DNA of 64,000 nt. It comes from Atractiella rhizophila (taxonomy: Eukaryota). The notes under the pieces were generated by a model. The model saw nothing but the letters and a program-made list of their open reading frames with translations. It did no database searches and had not been told where the DNA came from. Location: contig MU271190.1 of assembly GCA_021432655.1 (NCBI GenBank), positions 77,866 to 141,865 of the forward strand. The letters are read 5' to 3'. The stretch's first letter is position 1, and every line of letters starts with the position of its first letter. The position numbers and the translations under genes are program-made. Below, one piece after another: positions 1-10,906 of the stretch.

Positions 1-2262
1 GTTCGCTGCGACAAGTTTGATTCTTTTGCCAGGCTTGCAGACCACATATGCCACGATGTCTTTGCACTGCCCCAATCTAGCGAACCACTTAAAGTCTTGG
101 CTGACTACTTCAAACGTCGAAAATGTCTTCTCGTTTTGGACAATTTTGAAACTCCTCTTCGTGCTAACAAGGGCAAGATCCAAAACTTCTTTCGAACTCT
201 TCTATCGGATAACTCAAAGAAGTCGGACAACTCAAAAGCGTCGGTACTCGTCGTGGCCCATCGGGGAAATCAAGTGGAACGTTTGGATGTGAAGGGGGAC
301 AAAGCTGTAAAGTTTGTCAAGGTCTCAGTTGGTGCTTTGCCAGAAAATGGTGCACTCACACTCTTCGAAAATTCATATCAGAGGGAAGACGAGTTCTCAC
401 TACCACTGGTCCAGCGCCTAGTGAAACAGCTAGATTTCCATGCTCTGTCAATCAAGCTATTTGTTCTACGAGCCAACAGGGATTCAACCATGACACTTGA
501 ACAATTGGCAGACAAGTGGGAGGAAAAAAAGACTGGCATTCTTTGGAACAAACACAGCGAAGACACAATCACGCTTGAAACGTCCATATCATTCTCCCTC
601 GACTCTCCGGCTCTCAAAGAAGAGGGAGAACGTGGACTCTTTGTGCTTGCTCTGCTGTCATGGGCTCCCGACGGTCTAACCCATGACGATTTGTCAGCCC
701 TCATTTCCGACTCTTATGAGTCTGAGAACATCTTCCAAGTTATTGATGTAATTTCAACGATTGGGCTTGCTGATGACTTCAAAGACACTCTCCGTATGCT
801 CGCTCCTATTCGCGAATACCTCAACCACCTTGTGTCTCGTTCCGAATCACCATTTTCGATGACTGTACCTACGTCACTCCTGCCGCTTGTGCACCATCTC
901 ATGGGAAAAGCTGAGGCAAACATCAAACAGTTCGAGGTCGGCAAGAATCGTGATGCACTGCGTCTCTTCCGTGAACAGTACCCAAATCTTGAACATGTCC
1001 TTCTCACAGGCATGTTGAACCTACCTGATCCTTTATCAATCCTACAGCACTTGGAGAACACATCTGAGTTCCTACGCCTGAAACATCGGCTCTCGACTGC
1101 ACTCTTCCAACAGGCAATGCACATTGTGAACACGTGGCTAGGAACAACATGTTCACCGGATCACAGACAGACCAAATGGTTAGAACTAAAGCGTTCACTG
1201 ACGCAATCTCTTGGTTATTGCTATTTCAGGTTAGGTGAGAACCAGAATGCGCGGATAAAATTCAAGGAGGCGAAGGAGCTCTACATAGTTGTGGCAGATC
1301 GACAGGGTCAAGCCAACTGTGTCTTCAACATCGGAGAGATCGATTTTCGATGTGGGCGGAATGAGGATGCTCTGAAGGCATACAAGGAGGCGAAGGAGCT
1401 CTACATAATCGTGGGAGATCGACTGGGACAAGCCCACTGCGCCTTTAACTTTGGGGAGATCAATTTTGGACGTGGGCAGAACGAGGATGCTCTGAAGGCA
1501 TACAAGGAGGCTAGGAAACTCTATGAGGAAGTGGGATATCGACAGGGTGAAGCCAACTGCATCTTCAGCATTGGGAAGATCAATTTTCGATATGGGCGGA
1601 ATGAGGATGCTCTGAAGGCATACAATCAGGCGAAGGAGATCTACATAGTCGTAGGAGATCGACTGGGTCAAGCTAACTGCGCCTTCAATGTGGGGGAGAT
1701 CAATTTTCAATATGAGCAGAACGAGGATGCTCTGAAGGCATACAAGGAGGCGAAGGAGCTCTACATAATTGTGGGAGATCGACTGGGACAAGCCAACTGC
1801 GCCTTTAACTTTGGGGAGATCAATTTTGGACGTGGGCAGAACGAGGATGCTCTGAAGGTGTACAAGGAGGCGAAGGAGCTCTATGTGGAAGTGGGATATC
1901 GACAAGGTGAAGCCAACTGCATCTTCAATATCGGTAGTATCAATTTTCGATGTGGACGGAATGAGAATGCTGTGAAGGCATATAAGGAGGCGAAGGAGCT
2001 CTACATAATCATGGGGGATCGACTGGGTCAAGCTAACTGCATTTTCAACCTTGGGAGGATCGATTTTCAATGTGGGCGGGACAAGGACGCTCTGATGGCG
2101 TTCGAAGAGGCAAAGGAACTTTATAAGGGAGTGGGCTACCCAGGAGGTGAAGAAATCTGCCAGAGATTAATAGGTGATGGAATTTGTGTCATTAGGGGTG
2201 AGTGTGGCACTGCAGGTGAGCAGAGCAGGTATACGAGATGTCCATGGCTGATTGCACTATAG
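1..2262 (+). CDS. NLR-like STAND NTPase with C-terminal TPR array, 5'-truncated by the window edge (NLR-A)
   Basis: Frame is open from base 1 (VRCDKFDSFARLADHICHDVF...). It has Walker B LLVLDNFE, DFHALSIKLF and LRMLAPIREY, then seven 40-aa repeats (GDRLGQANCxFNxGxIxFxxGxNEDALKAYKEAKELY). Colinear with the 25582-29181 ORF. Walker A and the N-terminal domain lie outside the window. Confidence 0.9.
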   Translation, partial: VRCDKFDSFARLADHICHDVFALPQSSEPLKVLADYFKRRKCLLVLDNFETPLRANKGKIQNFFRTLLSDNSKKSDNSKASVLVVAHRGNQVERLDVKGDKAVKFVKVSVGALPENGALTLFENSYQREDEFSLPLVQRLVKQLDFHALSIKLFVLRANRDSTMTLEQLADKWEEKKTGILWNKHSEDTITLETSISFSLDSPALKEEGERGLFVLALLSWAPDGLTHDDLSALISDSYESENIFQVIDVISTIGLADDFKDTLRMLAPIREYLNHLVSRSESPFSMTVPTSLLPLVHHLMGKAEANIKQFEVGKNRDALRLFREQYPNLEHVLLTGMLNLPDPLSILQHLENTSEFLRLKHRLSTALFQQAMHIVNTWLGTTCSPDHRQTKWLELKRSLTQSLGYCYFRLGENQNARIKFKEAKELYIVVADRQGQANCVFNIGEIDFRCGRNEDALKAYKEAKELYIIVGDRLGQAHCAFNFGEINFGRGQNEDALKAYKEARKLYEEVGYRQGEANCIFSIGKINFRYGRNEDALKAYNQAKEIYIVVGDRLGQANCAFNVGEINFQYEQNEDALKAYKEAKELYIIVGDRLGQANCAFNFGEINFGRGQNEDALKVYKEAKELYVEVGYRQGEANCIFNIGSINFRCGRNENAVKAYKEAKELYIIMGDRLGQANCIFNLGRIDFQCGRDKDALMAFEEAKELYKGVGYPGGEEICQRLIGDGICVIRGECGTAGEQSRYTRCPWLIAL
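1294..2133 (+). repeat. 120-bp tandem coding repeat (7 TPR units) in NLR-A
   Basis: Sequence recurs every 120 bp, e.g. tacaaggaggcgaaggagctcta at 1381, 1741 and 1861. Confidence 0.95.
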
Positions 2263-2799
2263 TGTGACTGCGCTAAATCATTGATAGAGTGCATTTGATC
2301 CTTAGTTAGCAAACTTCTGGAACACACTAATTGATTGCACCAGTAGTAACTTCCGTGCTATATGTATAGGACCACGAACACAACATAAATCATGATATGA
2401 ATTCATCATTTTGCTACTTCGACACCACTCTTATTCTTACTACTATTGCTTCACAATGGAACTACTAATAGTACTTTAGGGTTCAAACCCTGCCTCTGTC
2501 AGGAACAGGATCCTGGCTGAATCCTTGCCTCCTGGCTACCCAGGGTACAACCCTGCCTACTACTATTTCTTTGCAATGGAACTCCATCTGTCAGTCGAAT
2601 TTGCTGGGGAAAAGAGTTAGGGTGAGTCCTGCCAGCCCAGTTGCGAGGCTCTGACTGACAGAACTAACCTGACGGGACGGAACACACCATCCAGTCCCGT
2701 CAGCTGAGACACGATGGCAAAATTGTTTCGTGAGGTTGGGATCAGCCCCGACACGAACTCGCTCAAACATGCAAGGTTCATCGTGAAGGGGCTAAGTTC

Positions 2800-3195
2800 G
2801 CTACCAGTCGCGAAGTGGGCACTTCGGGTCGTTGGCCAGCTGCCGGGTGCAAAGTGCACCTCCAGTCATGAAATAACAATTTCAGATCAGCAACAGGCTG
2901 CAACCTGCGAAGTTCAAGTGCAGTTGCGAAATGACCATTTCCGAAGTGCCCTCCAGTCAGAAAATATCACTTCGGGTGAGTGGCTGGCTTTGACATATGA
3001 AGTGCACTGCCTGTCACGAAATAACCATTTCAGATCAGCAACCGGCCACAATCTGCAAAGTGTGCCTCTAGTTGCAAGATAACCTGTTGGCACTAGTGGT
3101 GGGCTGCAACTGACCTCCAGTCGCGAAATGGCCACTTCGGGTGGCTCGCTGGCTGCAACCTGTAAAATGCACCTCCAGTCACGAAATGATCATTG
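2800..3195. repeat. Degenerate minisatellite-like array (~57-bp unit)
   Basis: Recurrent motifs aagtgcacctccagtca(c/t)gaaat, cacttcgggt and ggctgcaacctg. Confidence 0.6.
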
Positions 3196-3323
3196 TGGGA
3201 CTGGAACATCCTTTCTAGGTGATGGATGGTTCCTCGCTCGTCGGCGATTCGCGCGTTTCCATATCTCCCTAAACCTCCGACATTTTCTAAGTTTGGTTTT
3301 GAAAAGGAGAGAGAGTATTCTTC

Positions 3324-3817
3324 TGTTAGGACTGACACTATGTGCGGTCGCCAACAGGCGATGCGTCTGTAGTGGAGATAAACCTAAGAGCATGATATGA
3401 CATGAAGACTAACCTGTAGTGGAGATAAACCTAAGAGAATACTCTAAGGTTACCTCCACTACTCTCCGATCTATATATACAAGTGGAATAACACTGCCAC
3501 AGAGCGTAGAGGAGAGCAGATGAAACATGTAAGAGAACTAAAAGGAGAAGTGACAGTGGGATTACACGGAGTTAATAAGAGGAGGATAGGCACAATTGGG
3601 CTAAGTGGTGATGTAGGCGCAAATGGGCAAATGGGCGACCAGGCGCCAATTTGCACTGCATGTAAATAGGCAACAGGAGACACAGAGTGGTGACGGGACG
3701 CAGATTTGTATAGAGTGCAAAAGGCGAACAGGTGCCGATTCACGGGTAACGCAAATGGGCGATAGGAGACGCAATCCGGCGAACCAGTGCCAATTTGCGT
3801 AAGATGCAAACCTGACA
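3324..3817. mobile_element. LTR family A copy (~494 bp)
   Basis: Termini TGTTAGG...CCTGACA; homologous to 32691-33178 (inverted) and 33817-34030. No clear TSD. Confidence 0.8.
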
Positions 3818-3829
3818 GACCCTCTGCTG

Positions 3830-5250
3830 CCTGTGCTGGGGGGGGGCTGCCTGAGGGACAGAGATATGGTCCTGCTGCTCACCAACGTGCCCGAGGGCGA
3901 AGGACTGAGGAACATCTTCTGGGCAAAGGACACCATTGCCTTCGTGATGTTCTGCAACAAGTCACAGGCGCAGACTGGCAGGATCTACAGGGTGGCGAGG
4001 TTCTTGGATCCCAAACTGGCTGGCCTCTTGCTGGAATACCTGATGTGGGTCAGGCCGATGGAGATGTGAGCGAAGGGACGAACCAGACACCAGGATTGCG
4101 ACAGTCACAAACCAGCAGCTGCAAAAGACTTCGGACCTCGCCGGTCCCAGATACGTCCCCTGACTTTCTAACAACTGAGGCAGATCCTGATCAGGTGGGA
4201 GGAAGCGTACCTCAGACACCTGATGCCAGCTCCGGCCCAAGAAACATCGACGATGGAGTTACAGGTGGTACACTCGGGCACGATGGCACACTCATCAGTG
4301 ACTGCACATAGTTCAGCCCTAACACTAACCCCACCCCAGGACACGCTGACCGGAGGCAAGGCACACCTTCCTACGTGCGGACATCTTCGACTTGTTCCAC
4401 GCCTCCAGCAAGCTGCACTGGCAGCTCATGCACGACATGAGCCTCCTCCTGCAAGAAACCCCCCGACAGGCATCAGTCTCAGTGAGGGGGGCAAACCTCC
4501 AACTGGAGGACCCCTTGTGAAGGCATTTGTGCGAAGAGCTGGCTCAGCACATCAGAAACATCCTTACGGCCCTCTTGCCGAAGCTCGACACCATCCTCCT
4601 AGCCCTCAGACGGCAACAGCTCCCCCTACCGGCATCCACACCGCCTACTGACACCCCCGAACAGACCCAGACCAGTCCAGAGACATCCCAAGAAAGGCCG
4701 AGTGAAGGTTCCCGCAACCCGGAGCACACACCGCCTCACCATCCACCTCCAAGCGAGATTGAACAGGCGATGGAGAGGCTCACCGGGAGGGAGTGATTGC
4801 TTGTGGAAGAGCCTTGAGCAGCAGGGTGCCGTTGAGGCCCAGTTCGGCTCACAGGACATCATCATAGCCCTGCCGAACGGGACGGGGAAAGAGCATGACC
4901 TGGATGATCCCAGCGCTGGCAGGCAAGGATGGGAAGGCACTAGTGGTGGTGGTCCCCTTCCGGGCATTGCTGGAGGACCCCCAGAGGGAGATGGGCACTT
5001 TGGGCATCCGTGCCACGGAGTGGGAAGGTTCACACACCTCCATAGAACCTGGACACCATATCATCTTCGTGTTCTCAGAAATTGTCAATCGGGCGGCGTT
5101 CCTCCAAGCGAGCCAGCTGAGGGTGGCTCAGGCATCGACCACCCTCACATTTGCCTGACGCTGTGCATAGGAGAATGGTCGACCATGCTGGGGTTCGTGC
5201 AGACAGCAGGCAGAGGGGGACAGACGGAGTGCCATCTGTGGCACTCACCA
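3830..5250 (+). pseudogene. Degenerate telomere-linked-helicase (TLH)-like RecQ helicase element
   Basis: Frameshifted fragments: LRNIFW...NKSQAQTG...ARFLDPKLAGLLLEYLMWVRP (TLH N-terminal region), IIIALPNGTGK (motif I), VVVVPFRALL (motif Ia), QTAGRGG (motif VI). Confidence 0.7.
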
Positions 5251-5736
5251 TCACCAGCGACCGCTCCATCGCGGTCTAGTTGACCACAACGATTCTACAT
5301 GTTGCGTTCTCCACAATCCATCCACGGCGCTCAACCAGGAGTTTTTGGCTTTATTCCACAGAAAGAGAGGAGGTGGATTGACGTTATGTCTTTGTTGCAC
5401 TCTTTTCTGAGACCTTTCTGCCTGCATATACTCTGCTTTGGATCTGAGAGCTTCAACGGCACCTTCCTTCATGCTCAACCCTAATTATTATGCCACAAGC
5501 TGCTGGGATTCGAGGAATGATGCGGCGGTTAGGACTGGACACCCGTGTAGTTGGTCGCGTCGGAGCCTGCCTGTCAAACTAACTTTCACGATTGCAAAGC
5601 CGTCCAGGCCGCTAACAATTTCGACAGCGAGACAGACCGCCATACGGATCGGGAGACTCCTAGAAGGACGGAACGAAATGCGAAAATGCCCATTCCAACG
5701 TCTCATATACATACTGCACCGCTCCAGCGAGCGCAA

Positions 5737-6935
5737 TCAAATGACCCTTCGTTCCCACCTCTCAGCAAACACGCTCGGTCAAAGTGAGAAGAATGGGCTC
5801 ACCTCTTTACCTCGAAGAATCTCTTGAGATAAAACACCTGCCATGCGCACACTGCTATCAAAAGACCCGTTTGGAGGATGGACCAGTATTTTACTCGGTC
5901 GTTCGTGCTCTCGGCCGCTGTACTCATCACACCAGCGTTAAGCACAACGAGAAATCCATGGAAGCCATATAGAACCACGCACTATTTCGATGCAGTCTCT
6001 CCCTTGTGACAATGTACTCCTGCTCGTCTTTCACCACCTCCAGTGCTTGCGATAGTAACCGTATCTCCTTCTCGATTGGTGCGACGTGACCTTCATCTTC
6101 GATATACATGATGCCGTGGACGTTGAAGCTGTCCATGCCATTAATCAAAGTTAGTAGGTGATATGGCGCTAAAGGGAGCTAGAAGGCGTCGTAAAACAAC
6201 TTCTTTCCAGAATTCAACTTCAATACTTGGAAGTATGTCAAACTCTTCAATGCGCTCTTTGGCGGCTCAGCATCTTAGTGGTTTTTCAGATGCAACATCA
6301 TTTGGAGAAGCCTGCTTCAGTGAGAGTTGAGCCATGAGTAGTGCCACGATGCAACGAACACGAATTCGTCGTTATACGAAGTGGCAACACGAGAGTAAAC
6401 TCCGGCACAAAGGTGGAGCAATGGGCAAGGACTGCCATGATGTACCCTGCTTCCACAGCAGGCAGCAGCAAAGCGAGCCCACGAAATGCTACGCACAAAC
6501 CCATAGTCCATAAAAGCGAAAAGGCTCACCTGACGGTCTTCCCACTGACGGTGCTATACTCATTGCTAAAGCAATACTCATACCTCCCATCCTTGTCCGC
6601 TGTAAAGCTATAAGTGCCTGTATCCTTCTTCTCCTGTCCCAGCAAGTAAACCGTCACCATCCAGCTCCCCTAGCTCACTTCTCCCAACACAACAGGCATC
6701 CACACTAATGAAAATCACGAACCTGCTGAAACAAGACTTTCGGTCTAGGTCCAGGATCCTTCACCCAAAAATTTATATCCAGATGACCACCGCCTGCAAC
6801 CTGGTAGGTAACTGTCATCTTGTCCTCCGCATGAAGCTCTTCAAAGAAGCATTCTTTCCCGCCAGCCGCAATGTCGATGGTATGGCTGAGGGCGAGTAAT
6901 GGCCAAAGCAGGAAGAGGATAATGGGAACCATCAT
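5737..6935 (-). CDS. EMP24: p24/emp24/gp25L family ER-Golgi cargo receptor (EMP24-like), multi-exon
   Basis: Signal peptide, then GOLD domain (ECFFEELHAEDKMTVTYQVAGGGHLDINFWV; DGRYEYCFSNEYS), EQEYIVTRERLHRNTAESTNDRVKYWS, a TM segment and the tail KRFFEVKRVI* after splicing GT-AG introns. Confidence 0.92.
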
Positions 6936-7078
6936 TGTCGTTTTGTGTGGCAGGCAACAGCGTGGCGCATTTCAGAAAAGGGTTGGGAACAACTTGCGAC
7001 AACCCCTGTGCCAAAGAAAACTGAGCCTAGTAAACACCAACTTGAGAGCCCTGCTTGAAAGCGGGCAGGGTGGGCATT

Positions 7079-9246
7079 ATGAAAGCATCAGAGTTTCTAT
7101 TGGTGGTGATAGATGGCTCCACAGTCACAGTGAGTGATCAGCTTTCTGTCTTTGTTGGCACTGGAATGCTTGCTTGTACGATTTTCAATCCTGAACGGAC
7201 CTTTATCCATTCACCAAGGCCACTTAAATCGCCAGCATTTGGTGTGCCAAACTGGCAGTATCGCATGATATCAATCAAGCATTACATTGGTCTCACGATT
7301 GTGCATTCTGTTCACGATTACTCATTTCAGTTGTCACAGTTCAACGACGAGTACAATCTTCCTAATTGCTCTTCTTCAGAAGGCATCAATTCTGCTCTCG
7401 CAGTGCTTCAAGATACAATTTACTCTGCAACTCGAAAGAACTGCGCTCAAATTCGCATCTACCTTTTTTACGACACGGAAACCAAGAAACTCCCTAAAGA
7501 GAATAGATTCTATCGCCTTTTTAACGAGGCAGATCATTGTTATGCAGTAGATATCTCATTTCGTCGCATATTGGCTAAAATCACCGGTCTGTTTGCCTCA
7601 TCTTTCTTATCGGGATTTGCTAAAAGTGAACAATGCTGTTTGAAGAAACCATCCGTTCCTACGCTTCCTCTCCAACTTGCCTTGCTGTACTCTGCGTTGG
7701 ATGTACGACGCCTAGTCATGTCCCACTCCTCAAAACGGCGAAGGAAGTATCCAAGCGAACGATGATTGGATTGCATCAGCGAGAAGAAGATCTACCCGCT
7801 GAGCTGGAGGAAGTGAATATTGAGACAGTCGATTTGAGGAGTATCTTCCGTTCTTTCCACAGCGACGGAGACGAGGCAGCTGGTGTTGTGGAGCTAGGGA
7901 CATCAGAAAAGAGGAAGAATGAAGGAGGTGGAGCTGCAGAGCCGCAGGCAAAGGTGTGGCCATTCTAGTCCCCTCGATTTCTTCCGGTGCTCAATGTGAT
8001 TGCAAAGAGAGCAAAGACATCTCCGGTTGCCGAGTTGACTTCTTATGCCGCGACTGACAAGGACCCCATTGCAGCCTTAACCCAGTCTTCAGCCGAACCT
8101 GCCTGCAGGATCGAAAGTACACCCTCAAATACCCAAGGAACCACGCCACCTACTGAAAAAGGACGTGACAAAATTTTTTCGACCTCAGACTTTGTAGCAA
8201 CGAGGAGATTCGACAGAGTTCGTCGGACCCTTACGGATTGCCCCACACCTCCGATAAGAATGAGAAACTATGAAGAGGGAAAGCGGCGCTCTGACTCCTG
8301 GAATCGTTCCTCTGCCACAAACCCCAGTCCTCAACCAGCCGCTATTCGTAGACCAGGTGAAGCGACAACAGGACGAGAGGTGAATGAGTTATACGTTTGT
8401 GCTCCCCCAATTCTGTGTCACCGTTTGCTGATCATCGATAGTACAGCCGCTAGTCTTTCAAATGCCTCCGCTCTGCAAACGATACTACAAGCTCACTCTA
8501 GATGCTCATGGTGAGTGGAAGCGCAGGATGAGGATGTGCGATTCCGATTGCAAACAGAGCCATGCCTATACCTTGACAGATGCTCAACTGAGGCAATTCA
8601 AGGATGAGTTGAGGCATGTCGAGCTGTGCAGTGCACGCAAGGAGTGTGTCCTTGCTAATTCTCAGTTTTCCACGCCCTGCCCATACAACAAACACTGGAC
8701 ACCCCCTGACGTGAAGAACTGTTCTTCGTTTCCATTCCAGCTTAACTAAAAGGTATTGTAGAAACGAGAGGATGTTCATCGACGCGACAGGCTGCGAACA
8801 TCAGACGGGAGCAACGTAATCGATGATTCTCCTACATTAATCTGCCACTCGTCCCGCTCGGTAACTTTCTTGCCTATGTCGTAAGCAAGTGTTGAAGAAT
8901 CTGCAGGAACCACGATACGCAGGTCCATGTATCGTCAATCCTAACCGCAAGCTAGATTTGGACAAGGTGCTCTCTCTTGTTCGGATTCCGGACAGATTAC
9001 TCACAATTAATCCAGTCTTTACTCCTACAGAATCCCCGAATATGCATAGGCGACGCCGTCGGTCACTGTGACGAAGAATGTGGCCGAGAACATGTCCTCT
9101 TCTCAGCTGAAGAATACGCCAAGTTGAAAGAGACGATCCGGCAGCACCTCAACTGCGAATCCCAGTTGAGATGTCATTTCTTCATCGAGGATGACGACTG
9201 TCCATTCCACAATAGGCATTGGTCAGAAATGAATAGTTGTCTTTAG
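7079..9246 (+). CDS. Putative NYN/PIN-like domain protein with C-terminal Cys/His-rich (CCCH-like) fingers, multi-exon; boundaries approximate
   Basis: Spliced N-terminus FLLVVIDGS...IRIYLFYD...CYAVDIS...YASSPTCLAVLCVGC...LRSIFRS resembles the fungal 'CCCH zinc finger' family N-domain. Downstream exons contain CDSDCKQSH, CPYNKH, CDEECGREH and CPFHNRH. Confidence 0.45.
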
Positions 9247-10906
9247 AAATAGTGGAACTTAATGTGAGTATACTGCCTTGTCACTCCAGTTCCAATCCCT
9301 GGCTTCCTACTTGAACGTTGAACGCTGAACATCGAAGACGCAAGATCGTAGTTCAACAACTCTCGATGGCGTCTGCGTTCTGACTTCAATGTCGCAAGCT
9401 TGAAGCATTGGATTCTATCAGGTCCAATGAGGGGAGATGAGTTTATTCGGCTTGGCGATCATAAAGGCGTCCAAGCGAACAATTCAGCTCGCCTGATTTT
9501 GGCTATCACGAGGACACCAGTCGCAATCGTATTCCAGCTGTTTGCAGTGGGCTGGTTGCTGAGGTCACTGATTATCCATTTTTGAAGGGTTTCATCAAGC
9601 TGAGACCGATGCCAACGACACCTTCGCTCGCAAATATGACTATTCAGGTGCCTTTTCTCCTTCCATAGGCAGAATTGACCCTGAAGACTCCCCTCTCGTT
9701 TAATAGTCGGACTTAGGAAAAGCGAATCAGACCAATTACTGTGGATCCTGACAGATTGGAGACGGAACACGCGATTCGACCTTTTCTTATTTTTACGACT
9801 TGAAACGCTTTCGAGTTACTGTCGCTGCTCCCAGTCATCTCTTTTACACGCTGTCCTGGAGCCGCTCCATGGAACTGTGCCCTCGAATTAAGCGCTCTGT
9901 CGACTGAGCACTCTCAAACCGTCGTTGATTCTTCCACTCCATTCCGTTCTAAATTTCAGGCATAGTGCACTCTCCGATCCATGTCCTACTATCTACGAGA
10001 GATGCCATCTGGGAGGCACAATTGTTTGGACTTATCCTACCTCACCCTGATGACCTTCCTGTGCGCATTTCATCAAACATCTCAAGGCCATTCTCCGGGG
10101 GTACAGCTAGTTTTACGCTGAGACAAGCGAACAGCTGCAAGATTCCGGTCTATCTGCTGAAGTGCTCCAGGCAACGTGGGATTGGGATCGTTTGCAGTCG
10201 AAAAACCGGTTCCAACGACCACAAAAAAAGTGCTTTATGAACATGGAAAAGCACCCGACAAAGCAGGGCAAGACTGTCGAACCCATTCCCAACTCTCGCC
10301 GATGACGACTACAGGAGCATCGAATTAAGTTCTAACGGATAGATAGACCAGAGGATCCCAGAAGAAGTGCAAGTGGAGACCTCAAGTTCTGGGCACACTG
10401 AGCCGGACAGTGCCATAAAATATGGAGAGGTGGATATGGTTGTTTTGGCCTTTCAGTAGTTCACGAACAAGTCAATGTTGATAATGTTTACGATAACATG
10501 ACATTCTATTTTGAGTCCAAGCATGGAGGCGTGAAGCGCAGGAAGCTGAAGCTAACGATTGTCACAATTGGTTCGCCGGCTGACACCCCAAAGCATCCTC
10601 TCAGAGTATAGTAGTCGAATAGTCAGGACAGCTACCTCCCACAAAGATCAACATTCGATGTTTATTACTTTCCGATCCTATCAATGAGAGTAATGACGGA
10701 CGCTTCAGCTCATTCCCAAATTTATCTTTCAGCACAATCAGTTTCATTTCACAAAAGTAATGCGATGTATAGAGATATCATCGCCCGACAAATCAAAATC
10801 ATTAGCTTGAACACAAATCAGGAGCCTGGAGAACCGTTCACAATCCGGAGGATAAGGGAGAAAGAAGCCTGTCGATCGAAACACTCTGAAAAGGCGCAGC
10901 TTAGTC

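Noticed and set aside
1231..2070. 279-aa minus-strand repetitive ORF
   Set aside because: Antisense shadow of the 120-bp TPR repeats in NLR-A.
2476..2495. Telomere-like tttagggtt..aaccct
   Set aside because: Single unit; no tandem TTAGGG tract.
9300..10700. Possible decayed gene
   Set aside because: Only short ORFs; no family or consistent exon chain could be recognised.
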